A stretch of 47,686 bases of DNA from Bigelowiella natans CCMP2755 (lineage: Eukaryota > Protista > Cercozoa), in NCBI GenBank assembly GCA_000320545.1, contig ADNK01003494.1, positions 1 through 47,686 of the forward strand, read 5' to 3'. The position numbers were made by a program, and so were the translations under genes. Positions 14,389 to 25,100 of this stretch are shown in pieces. The notes under the pieces were generated by a model. The model had not been told where the DNA came from. It made no database searches and saw only the letters and a program-made list of their open reading frames with translations. The stretch's first letter is position 1; each line of letters begins with the position of its first letter.

Positions 14389-16226
14389 CATATATACATT
14401 ATTTTAATCGTATATGTGTGTATATGCCCCATCCTGAAGTGCATTTGATTTGTAATGATTTAAAATTCATAGCGATACCGGTGCTCTTGTCATCCATGAA
14501 GAAGATGAAAAGGGAGAAGGAAAGAAAGAATAATCGAAAAAGAAATAAAAACAGAAATCAATAGAAGAAGAAGAAGAAAGCGAAGAAGAATAGGAATCAG
14601 TCTTAAGATTGAGAGGATGAGACCGTCGAGTAGTCGGAAGATACAGCGCCTTGTATTTGAAGCTTTAGGTAGCCTGGTAAATGATATATGAGACACTTGT
14701 AGTGAAGAGAGAAAGAGCAGCGCGGAAAGGCAAAAATATTATAACCAAGTTAATGGTTCTTTAGGATGAATATTTTTTGCTTCTAACCCCATACCATTTC
14801 ATTCTGATCTCATCGTCGTTAGAGCTTATTTGGCGGTTAGGCAGAGGACCGAAATTTCGCTTTGCTGCTGCCTAATTTTCATATATTATAGTGTAACTGC
14901 ATCTTGATTACCTCTCATTTTGTGAAAGAAACAGTAATTTCGGTGTGATGGGAAGAATAACAAGCTAATAAGCTAGAGGGGCTAGAGAGAACCAAATATC
15001 TTCAAAAACATGAGTGTTGATGAAATGAGCTCTGTTGGCTTTGGTGGTTAATAATAATAATAATAATAATGATGATGATGGTGATGATGATAACAGCAGC
15101 AACGAATGACTTGACTCACTACAACTACGAATAAAGAGAGAGATATCCCTACTACCATAGAAGACGAAGAATTTAAGGCATCTACTTTCCTAAATGGCCT
15201 GCTCTTGTGCTCACTTTGGCCAAAACAAATTTCGTGTTTCGAGGTGTTAACCGGTCCTTTCAAATCTATTCCTGCTCGTCCAAAGTATGCATTTTGTGAG
15301 GTTGTATTAGTAGCGTGCATGGTGTGCGTGGTATCACAAATACATTCAAACAAAAAGTTAAAAGCCAATATTATTATCATATAGCATCTGTTATTTACTA
15401 CAGCTTATTACCCCTAGTAATATTTGAGCTGCTTGTGTTAAATCTGTGAGTGGGAGGCGATTGGTAAGTATTATACTGATTGAATACTCTCAGCAACTGC
15501 AACAATGCTTGCAACCACCAGAAAAAGAATGGACAATATTTAAGATATATTTATGTTTTTAAATGACTCAACGTGGGAGCGTATGGTAGGTAATATCTTG
15601 TGTATTTTCTTCCAGCACTACCGTGGTGATAGGGGTGTTTCAATCCGCGATTTCCATAATTCCGCCTTAATAGCTCTATACAATACAACAGTGTGTATAA
15701 TGTAAGGTTATTGATAACCTCTTTGAATTCGGAATGGATCATATTAAATGCTGCAATGAAGTATTATCTAGCTAATTGAGTGGTGACAGACTGTTAATCC
15801 AACCGAGTTCTTGGAGTGAGTGGTGAAGTATTATTAGCGCTGTCTTCAGCCACAAATTCCGTTGAGAATCTTCGACAGAGACTCAATCTTCGTTTGACGT
15901 AAACAAACAGGGGAAATATGAAAATAAAAATGATTCACAATAGGCTGAACCTACTCTAGTAGATTGTGAGTTGGATTTGAATTTGTACATTTTTTTGCTA
16001 CTGTAATCGTAGGAATTCATTTCACCTTCTATCTCTTTTCATATTCTTCCTAACTCTGTTCTTTGAAGTGACTTGTTGGCTGATAAGAAGAAAATACGTC
16101 TCTACGGAATCTAGCAGGCCGTGGAGGGAACAAGATCGGAGACTCGAGTGGCTATTTCTTGGTTGGTAAACAATGCAGAATTGATAACGATTGGGAAGAA
16201 GCAATCTCTGTAGTTTTGCCCATCAT
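3497..16226 (-). CDS. Voltage-gated K+ channel (Kv-like) locus, many exons, two 6TM/GYG domains
   Basis: Domain A: S1 end SSLPEYRYP (13835-13850 and ~13660), S2 IEFVSVIYFTADYILRL (~13400-13450), S3 ICDLVSIVPWYLQ (~12525-12580), S4 VFRYLWLLRLVRLFR (~11990-12090), S5 (11620-11780), pore LWFSVITATTVGYGDMSP (~11385-11480), S6 GRIFACFSMFINL/VLFAVPITLV. Domain B: ESLPQYRFP (~9500-9595), S2 FSIEMGFRL, S3 LDWASLLPFYIE, S4 VLRLLRMIRVLRLLK (~8380-8435), pore FYWSIVTLTTVGYGDM (6840-6920), S6 GRVATAIIALLSVLSLAIPIGIV. Start (MMGKTTE, 16226) and end (3497) are tentative. Confidence 0.8.
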
Positions 16227-17092
16227 ATATCAACGTGGTCATTTTATCATTTATTGTAACCACGTCTCGGATACTCCATGGTTTACATGTTCATGCAAGC
16301 GCTATCATCACTCACTCACTCTCATAATTCATAACCAAACAAGCCGTTACTTTGCTCTTCTCGTAGAGGATGCTCGAATAAATTCCTGAAGAAAATAATG
16401 AGATAACTGTGCTGCGACATGGATTATTCGCCTTAAAGGTAACTTAAAGGCAGCTGAAGGTGCATTTGACGGCATGCGGTGATTTATCCTGCTATTCATC
16501 ATGTACGACACACAACTGAATGTCATAGATTCAGAACCCCCTTTTGGATTCTTCAGAATTTATTTCTCCGATGGTGAAAACCTGATGAAGTGGGTTCCAA
16601 TACATATGAGACATGCGACATGTTTTTGGACGTATTTCTGAAATAAAATAGATATACCCGCATAAAAGTAATTCTTTGGTCCTCAGTGGCTTGATGATAT
16701 TATCCAAAAAGGTTCTAGATTGACAAGTCTCTAGGATAAAATAAACTGGATATTGCGTATTCACAGAGAATACAGATCTCCTTAGAATCTGAAAAAAATG
16801 GTTGCAGGCAACCATGGCGGCAATTTCGCCACGCAATCCCTCCCCCTCCTCAGGTTGCGACGAAATATGTTTAAATTCATAATTTTTCTATGGATCATTC
16901 AAAAACAGAATTGTTGTTTCAATATTAGCCTTTCTTCTCCAAACAGTTGCGCATCTCTAAGTCCCCTGCTCCCCTATTCCAAACCAATTTATCCCCCCTC
17001 GTTCTAAATAATCTTTCCGACACAACCATAGATTCGTCAGAGGATTCATTTATTTGTCCATATTTGCAATGTTTATCAGGAGAGGGAAAAGC

Positions 17093-18706
17093 ATGTTTCA
17101 ATTGCGTCACCAAAGCTTATTGGTATTCGTTGTGGGATCTGCATTAATGATGATGATTGTTGGACTTCCGATGACGACAAGGATTACTGAGCAGCAGGGA
17201 GGGGAACTTTTAGGATCATCAACTGCTGCTATGGAGCTTACCCAGGGAGGTTCCACAGGAGGTTCGCCGCGAATTACAAGAACGGCGGATTCTACCTCGT
17301 CTACTAGTTTGAGAGTGAAATCAAGCACAGAACACACCAAGTTAAGGGGGGCAATTGCTGCGAGAATGGCAAATTCCGGGGAGTGCCGTCTCGAAGCTAT
17401 TGGTCAGCGGGCAGTTGGATGCGCTCTCAAGGTATCTTAAGAAGTGGGACACAGTACTCTATGCAGTATTTATTGTTTGAGTTTGAATGACAAATAATTG
17501 AAACAAAAGTATTATTTATCTCTGGAATCTGTAACTACGAATGCTTGTAGTTATGCTATAATAGTACTCACGTACATTTTTAATGCCACTCCGACTGGTC
17601 CATAACAAAAGTTGATCATTATCATCACCATTTCATCATCATCGTTTAATTGCTAATTCTCATCAGGCTATCGCAGCTCTTGGGGCCGGTGGTGCTTATG
17701 AATCAAACGTGAAGTTTAAGACAACACAAATTGACGACGGATCTTCCTCTCCCAAGAACCTGACGGTAGAAGAGCAGTAACTGATTTTGGATGTGATCGA
17801 TCTAGTACCTATTGCATATCAATTTAACATACACGCAAATTCCACCTTAGGTTGTGGTATTCGAGATGCAAGAGGCGAACACTCCTGCTCTCTCGGAAGA
17901 AGAGGCTCAGACTATTGAAACCGTGCGCGTAAGCAAGTAAGTGAGAATACAACAACATATTTTGACATGTAACTTGGAACTTAGGGATAGGGTCTACTAG
18001 AAAAAAACAGACAAAGAATACCGTTTCCTGCGTCGTCTTTGTCTTTGTCCATGTTGCAATGAATGAAAGAAGGCTATTGCTACTACTCTCAACAGATCTA
18101 CAACTGCTGGGGCATTGGCAAGGAAAATCTCGATTGATCTGCAAGAGGCTACATCATCATCATCGACAGGAGAAGCATCATCTTCACAGCCTGCTGCTAC
18201 TGCAGTGAAAATCCACGCTATGGGTCCAGTTGCAACAGCAACAGGTGAAGAATAAGAATGATAGAATAACAAAAACAGAGAGGGTTTGGGGTTGAATGAA
18301 TGATTGGTTCGCGCCATCCATCAATCCTTTAGCAACAAGGGCACTTTGCATAGCTCGGGAAATGCTGCAGAAGGACGGGGTACCCGGAACGGTATGTCAA
18401 CATTGGTGGAAATAGTAGTGGGAGGGACGACGAGACAAGTAGAAGTACTCATCACCTCTGCTTGCTGGTGTTCTCGCAAATACATCCGCGAAGTCATGTT
18501 TGTAAGAGAGAGAGAGAGAGAAAGAGAGGGGGGGGGGGGGGGCGTTTGCGTGAGTGCTATGCTAAATTCAATTAGTATCTAATTGTTGTAGCATCTGGCA
18601 TCATCCTCATTATGACCAATGACAGGTTCAGTTTAGTTCAAGATTTATCAAGAATGATGATCTAGTGATCTTGCAGTTACTGGCAAAGCTAAATCCTTCT
18701 TCCTAG
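17093..18706 (+). CDS. Protein with N-terminal signal peptide, S/T/G-rich linker and two tandem SpoVS-like domains (6 exons)
   Basis: Phase-consistent GT-AG exons 17093-17431, 17667-17765, 17851-17936, 18096-18244, 18333-18391, 18626-18706. Repeat 1: LRVKSSTEHTKLRGAIAARMANSGECRLEAIGQRAVGCALKAIAA. Repeat 2: VRVSKSTTAGALARKI...VKIHAMGPVATATATRALCIAREMLQKDG. Both match the SpoVS pattern LKVS..S.P.SVAGA.A......AEIQAIGAGA.NQAVKA.AIAR. Alternative ATG at 17069. Confidence 0.75.
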
Positions 18707-19839
18707 GAAGAAGGGCTTCTGGAAAACTTCTGCAATTTAAAGGCTACTGAACTAGCAACGAAAGCTAATTTTCTACAGAGTCGGCTGTTCTTTGGATTTT
18801 CTAATCGTACGCACATCTAGACACTTGTGATGACAGAGATGGCATGCCAGTCACTCAGTCGTGCAGTAGCTGTGTGCTAAAGATTGTTTGCTGCTCACGT
18901 TTCAATTACAGCATGAATGCTAAAATTGCTCCGTCTTCCCCATCTAGCCATGCGATGGCAAGCACGTGCGCATGCGCGCACATCTATTCTGCCTAGCTAG
19001 CATTGAGGTGAACAGACGTGCAGCGCATCGCAGTGCAAGCAACACTTCTACGTGAGCAAACACACATGTACACGCTAGTTCGTCTAGCTAGCTAGGCCTA
19101 GAGAACCCTGGGTGAATTGTCAGAGAACTGCAGAAGTGTGCGTGTAGTCGTCTAGTCAACTAGCTCGAATTGATTCCACAATGCGACACAGCAATGTAGC
19201 AGCATTGCATGTCTGTCATTTCCATCTGGCTAGCACGCTAGCACGCGCCTTGGATCGCAGGCATTCGCTCAACCATGCTAGCATGGCCATGGCACTCTGG
19301 CACTAGCCACACGCACTGCTAGACTGGCTTTGCTGGGACAGTGAGTATGTGAGCAGCTCGAGGCAACATGCTAGCATGGTGTTGTCAGGTGTTCTCCAGC
19401 AGCAGTTTGAATTCTTCACGTTTGAATTCTGGCACATTGTCGTCATCGTTATATCGTTGTTTAGCTAGCTCTAGCTAGACGATGCGCACAGCTAGATCTA
19501 GACAGATTGGACATCTCATGCAGCCAGCATGCACGTGTGTCGACCGATCTGGTGATCAGCCTCAGCATCATTCTCACCTTTGGAACTGACCAAGCTTGCT
19601 AGCTTGCAAGCCAGTGACGTCGAGCTCCAGACGTGCAGAGCTTGTCCACAAGACTAGCACAGTTTCGCGGGCATAATAGACATAGTAATAGCATATATAA
19701 CATATACATGATATTACGTGTCTGTGATGATGGACATAGCAATGGCATGTGCAACATGCATGTGACATTGCGTGTCTATGATGGGCTGGCTAGCTCCAGA
19801 GCTGGGCATTGCTGTTGCTCGCTCGGTCCCAATCTAGCA

Positions 19840-20265
19840 ATTCCAGAATTGCTCGTCGGCCCAACGACACACACTGCCAGAACTGCCAGACCAGAGACCT
19901 CTGACCAGGAAACTGCTGCAATCGACATCCAGCAATGCTGCACTGCGACACATGCACTCTCTCAAATCATCTTCACACGTGCACAGCATTCTTACCAAGT
20001 CACTTTGATGTCATTGTCCGCAGTGCCTGCGCAGGAAAGAAGATGTGAACAGTGAACAGCAAAAGACCAGAACACAGGTCACGGACTTGTAGCGGACGTT
20101 CGTCGACGTCGTTCTGCTGAGTGTGTCCAGTGGTGGAGTGCAGACGAAACCAGCACCATGAGTGCTCAGTTCCACTCCTTCTCCAGATTCAGGAAAGAGG
20201 AATGCAGGAATGGAACCCAAACCATCTCATCGCACATGCGAGGAAGAAGGAAAAGAAGAAGTGTT
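19840..20265 (-). pseudogene. Decayed ORF, downstream half (interrupted by the LTR element)
   Basis: Minus-strand frame continues through TGA at 20011-20013 (..RRHCGQ*HQSDLVRMLCTCEDDLRECMCRSAALLDVD..). It is rich in TGT/TGC/CAT/TGA codons, as expected from CpG deamination of Arg codons. Confidence 0.45.
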
Positions 20266-20269
20266 CGAG

Positions 20270-20596
20270 TGTAGCGCGTACCACTACGCGGGCACAAGTC
20301 ACGTGCGACAACAAAGGGGTTGTCGCGGATATAGAATATAGATAACGTAGATATTAATACAGCATAGGCACGTGGGTTCCGGCGGGACTCATGGCAGCAC
20401 ACCGGAAGTGTGCTGCCCCACGTGCGGCGGCATTCGCGAAAGCTTCGCGAATGATTACGCAGTGCACGATTTAATAAAAATATAATCTTTAATAAAAATA
20501 AACACAACTCTTCAAAAAGGAAGCAAACGTGCCTTTCCCCCCCCCTGCCTACTTGTGCACGTAGCGCCTCGGCCTGTGAACACCTTACGCGCAACA
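20270..20596 (+). repeat. 5' LTR (327 bp)
   Basis: TGTAGCGCGTA...TACGCGCAACA, imperfect terminal inverted repeat; identical by eye to 25662-25988; AATAAA hexamers around 20473-20502. Confidence 0.97.
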
Positions 20597-20601
20597 ACCT
20601 T

Positions 20602-20619
20602 TGGCTTCCACACACGGGA
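20602..20619 (+). promoter_or_regulatory. Primer-binding site (tRNA 3' end complement)
   Basis: TGGCTTCCACACACGGGA begins 5 nt after the 5' LTR. Its reverse complement ends ...GGAAGCCA like a tRNA 3' end with G discriminator; tRNA identity not determined. Confidence 0.75.
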
Positions 20620-20635
20620 AACGATTTGACTAACA

Positions 20636-22144
20636 ATGTCACAGCAGCTAGAAGAACAGCAGGACTTTGGCTCGCAGGCCGTGCAAGGGCACGAGCAGAA
20701 ACAGGAAAGGAAGGGCGATACGGACGCTAAGGAAGGAGGAGGAACACCTCCACAGGCACCGCCGGGACCAGCACCCGGGATTAAGAAAGCAGATGCAGCA
20801 GCAGAGGCACTGGAGAACTTCTACGAGGCGGACGACGAGGACGTGGCCGCCGAAAGCAAGAAGGTCGTAATGGCATTACGAGCCTTGCGACCCAGGGCGA
20901 GCAACTACGCCAAACTGAAAGTATCGATAGAATACAAGTATCAGACACATGATGTTTGGGCAGCTATCATGCAGGACATCATGGATTACGAAGCAGACTT
21001 ACCTCCAGAGTGGGCAGCTTTGTTTAGGAACGACGGGGGTCTGGGCGCCTCGCGGGGGACGACCCAGAGCACCGTCAAGCAGCAGCAGCCGGTACAGCGG
21101 AACACCCAGTTCATGTCTGTTAAAACAGCACCGGTTATGATAACGAAATACAACGGGAAAAGAGGTGAGGCAAGGAGGTGGTGGAAGAACGCTAGGAGTA
21201 TACTCTGCGACTTTACCCCTAACCCCACCGAAAACGACAAGCTCAAATGGCTAGCTATAATAAAGCAAGCCATGGACCTTTACGAGACAGGCAGGACCCG
21301 GATCAGGCAGCTAGAGAAAATACACACTACAGTTAGTGGGCTACGAGACGTTGAGGCGATAATGAAGGCTTTTGTAAATGAACAGGATGCTAACTCCCTA
21401 CCCCAGGCTATTAGAAAATACAGAGCAATGATGCAGCATGAGAGAGAACCTGTTAGAGACTTTGCCACGCGCTTCCAGGATATGATCGACGAACTACATG
21501 ATTTTAATTACAACACAGGTGATGATCAGGCAAGGTTTGAAGAGTTCAAGTTAAAGATAAAGGAATCCACTTACGTTACGGAGAAAGGCTACACCACGAT
21601 GGAGGCAGCAGTGCAGGCTATATCCCTACGCGAGCAGGAGCAGGACCGCAAGTTTACCAGCCCTAAGGTACCTGGCATAGGAAACATTAACGCTATTAAG
21701 CCGCAGCGAGACTGGTACAAGGACAGGGAAGGTAACCGACGTTGCGGATACTGCTCACGTAAAGGGAAACACACCGCTAAAGACTGCAGAGACAGGAAAG
21801 AAGGACGACCCAGGATGACGATCAGGCAGCTCAACGAACACTACGAGAAGTTAAAGAGAAAGAAAGGCAGAGGACAAGGATATAACAACAGCAAATGGCA
21901 AGGCAGCAACAACGGGAAGAACAATAAATATAAGAACAAAAAGCAGAACAGTATCAATGCTATACAGCAGCAGATAAACGGAATATTAGATCACCTTAAG
22001 CAGGCGCCGACGAAGACAGCAGTACCAGCAACGCAGGACCAAGACAAGCCCATGACCCTAGACGACATAAAGAACTTAGGAGTATGCAACATTAATGACG
22101 AAGACGCTAACAGGACTATCAAAGTTGCTATGACCAAAGGTTAA
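20636..22144 (+). CDS. gag: Gag polyprotein (502 aa)
   Basis: Capsid-like YNGKRGEARRW and MHR-like QHEREPVRDFATRF; zinc knuckle CGYCSRKGKHTAKDC at 21743-21787; position immediately after the PBS. Confidence 0.93.
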   Translation: MSQQLEEQQDFGSQAVQGHEQKQERKGDTDAKEGGGTPPQAPPGPAPGIKKADAAAEALENFYEADDEDVAAESKKVVMALRALRPRASNYAKLKVSIEYKYQTHDVWAAIMQDIMDYEADLPPEWAALFRNDGGLGASRGTTQSTVKQQQPVQRNTQFMSVKTAPVMITKYNGKRGEARRWWKNARSILCDFTPNPTENDKLKWLAIIKQAMDLYETGRTRIRQLEKIHTTVSGLRDVEAIMKAFVNEQDANSLPQAIRKYRAMMQHEREPVRDFATRFQDMIDELHDFNYNTGDDQARFEEFKLKIKESTYVTEKGYTTMEAAVQAISLREQEQDRKFTSPKVPGIGNINAIKPQRDWYKDREGNRRCGYCSRKGKHTAKDCRDRKEGRPRMTIRQLNEHYEKLKRKKGRGQGYNNSKWQGSNNGKNNKYKNKKQNSINAIQQQINGILDHLKQAPTKTAVPATQDQDKPMTLDDIKNLGVCNINDEDANRTIKVAMTKG

Positions 22145-25100
22145 AGTTAAAGACAGCTACGGAGACTACAAGAAACTACCTGCCCTTTGGGATAGTGGCA
22201 GCATGCCGAAGTCCTTCATAAGCCTAAGCACAGTAAGAAGGTTAGGACTATTGGATCAAGTGACTAAGAAAGAACGTAAATATGCTCAAGCAGACGGAAG
22301 CTCTTCCATGAAGACCGTCGGTGAGCTAATGCTAAAGCTACAGATACCTGGCAGCGACGCGGAGACCCAAATCAAGACCCGAGTAGCCATGACTTTATCC
22401 ATGGAACTACTCCTCGGACAGGATGCCCTAGAAAAATTAGGGGGGATCATATCATTCTACAATCACAAGATATACTTTGCTAAGTTGCCAAAGAAGTCAG
22501 GCAGGACCATCAGCCAGAACATGATACGGCTTGACGAGTGGACCTCTGAGTCAAGCGTTAATGCGTTAGAGTTTATGGACCTAGCGGACAACAAGCTACC
22601 TACACCTACCGAGCTACGGAAGAAGAACCCCGGCAAGACCATCCGACAGATAACGGAGCTACTGGACAAGACCCCCCCAGCTGATGATTGGGATATCGAC
22701 AAAGGCAAAAAGTACATTAATAAAATATTAAACGAGAAGTACTCTGACATCACCAAGCCGACGACGAAGCCCTCCAGCAAGCTTACCCCAGTAAAGATCG
22801 AGCTAAAGAAGGGATACGAAGAGTGCATCATCAATGACCCAGAACATAGGCGACCGGAAGCGGACTGGGAAAAGATAGAGTGGCAGATCAATGAATGGGC
22901 AAAGGAAGGGAAGATAGAGCCAAGCAACTCACCATGGAACGTGAGACATGTGCTAGCTAAGAAACCTACTTACCCTTTCTTCCGCCTGGCGCACAACTTC
23001 ATCCGCCACAACCGAGTAATAAAGAGGATCCAGACACCTACACCAAGGATAGATGACGTTATTGAACACGTCATAGGATACAAATACTACTCTTCCCTAG
23101 ATAAAAATGAATCATACATGCAGACACCCATCCACAAAACCTCCCGCCCCATTACCGCGTTCTCCAGCAGGCACAGGAAGTGGCACTTCGTCGTATTCCC
23201 TTACGGCCTAAGCATATCAGGGGATGCGTTCAGTAGTCAGAACTACAGGGCATACACACATGATGGGATGGCGTCTGTGTTGTGGGTGTTTGTGTTTGTG
23301 TATGTGGATGATGACATAATATGTACCAACACAGTCGTCGCTCAGATCTTCCTCCTGGAAAATATATTTATTAGGTTTGCACACTTCGGTTTTACTATTA
23401 GACTGCAGAAGTGTACATTCCTAGCTACAAGAATCAAGTGGTGTGGATATTACCTGGAGCAAGGCCGCATCACCCCAAACCCCGAGAAAGTAGCAGCACT
23501 ACAGCAAGCCCCTAAACCTAAGAATGCAAAGGAGTTAAAGTCATTCTTGCAGACTGCAGCTTGGATACTACGTAGGTTCTCCCCTACCTACGCTAGGACT
23601 GCAGCTGCTTTTACTACTGCTTACCGGAAGGAGAACTCTGTAGGCCTCAGCTTCGCTAAGGTGTGGGCCAAGGCTGGCCTTGATGCCCACTTCGATAACC
23701 TAATAAAGTTATGCAGCAACACCCTATTGAATGCTAAGCTAGACACTACTAGACCAGCTACCCTATGGACAGACTGGTCTAAGCTAGGTATGGCTGCTGT
23801 ACTTACCCAAGACCAGCAGATCATACGGGTGTGGGGCAGGGCCTGCACAGCAGCTGAGGCCAAGTACAGCCCTACAAAAGGAGAGTATAAAGCCATGACT
23901 GAGGCGCAGAGGAAACTAAGATACTACCTGCTGTCGGTGCCCAGCTTCACCTTAATGACTGACCACAAGCCCCTCCTAGGCATCGACCGCAAGCTCGAAG
24001 CGCCTAACGATGAGTATGCAGCTATGAGGGCGGACACGGAAGAGTTTAGGGACAAGAGGACAGTGGTCTACGCACCAGGAGACAAGCAGCTTGCTGACTA
24101 TTTCAGCAGGCTGTTCGAAAAGAAAGTCCCTACCCAGGTCACCCCTATGGTTAACGCGATTACCTTCGAGGACGGCGACTTCCTGCCTGAGCCAGAGGAG
24201 CTCCAGCACCTTCAAGAACACCTGGATAAATACAAACACAAGCATGAGGTACTTAGTGATAGGATATATGTATACACTAATAATGTTAGGCGTACCTACG
24301 TGCCACGGCGGACCAGGGGAGCCCTTCTCTTTACCGCCCATGGACCTGCACACGTAGGAGAAAACCATATCACTGCTCTACTCTACCATTACTACTGGCC
24401 CTACAAGCTAAAAGAGATAAGGACATACCTGCGTGGCTGCAGGTGCTCCAGCTTGAAGGCGGCAGGCGTCGCCACCAAGGAGTCCAGCAAGAGCCGTGCA
24501 TCTAAGAAAATCAAAGCAAGGAACTTCTTAGATATCGTGCAAATTGATGTTTATAAGTACGATGGCTATCACTACCTTACCTTCGTTGATGTGGCCACTG
24601 GAAAGTGCTGGGTTAAAAAGATTATCAAGGTCAACGTTGCTAAGAAGAACAAAGGCTTATATAAGCAGAGGCTTACTAACTGCTACCGTACCTGGGAGTC
24701 TGAGCTCCAGGCTATCCCTGATGAAGTTAGCATAAACAAGATACCAAAGAAGTTACATGTGGATAATGAGACCTCTCTTCTACAGCTACCACACCCTAAT
24801 ATTGATGCCTCACCTGTATACTATGCCCAGTCCAACTCCAAGGTAGAGCGACTCCACCGCACCTTGGCCAACCTAAGCAGGATAAATAGCACCACACCAG
24901 ACAAGATACAAGGGTTAGTAAACGACACCTTCACGTCTGGGGGAGGTATCAAGGATAAGGAGAGGGAAGAAGGCGACGACAACGACGACGATACCGAGAG
25001 CGAAGACGAGAAGGTCCCGTACGATGGCCGAGTTCTAAAGGAAGGACAGTATGTTAGGGCCAAGGTAAATCTGAGATCGAGAAATAAACAAGACCCCTTC

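Noticed and set aside
16531-16836. 101-aa minus-strand ORF between the Kv and SpoVS-like genes
   Set aside because: No recognisable motif or splice chain; it lies in a divergent promoter region.
20368-20426. Hammerhead ribozyme in the LTR three-way junction (minus strand reads ..ctgccatgagtcccgccggaac..)
   Set aside because: Lacks the invariant CUGANGA and GAAA core on either strand.
20166-20642. Antisense ORFs over both LTRs (also 25615-26163)
   Set aside because: Start is not a clear ATG in the first case, the shared part is simply the repeated LTR sequence, and no protein features are present.
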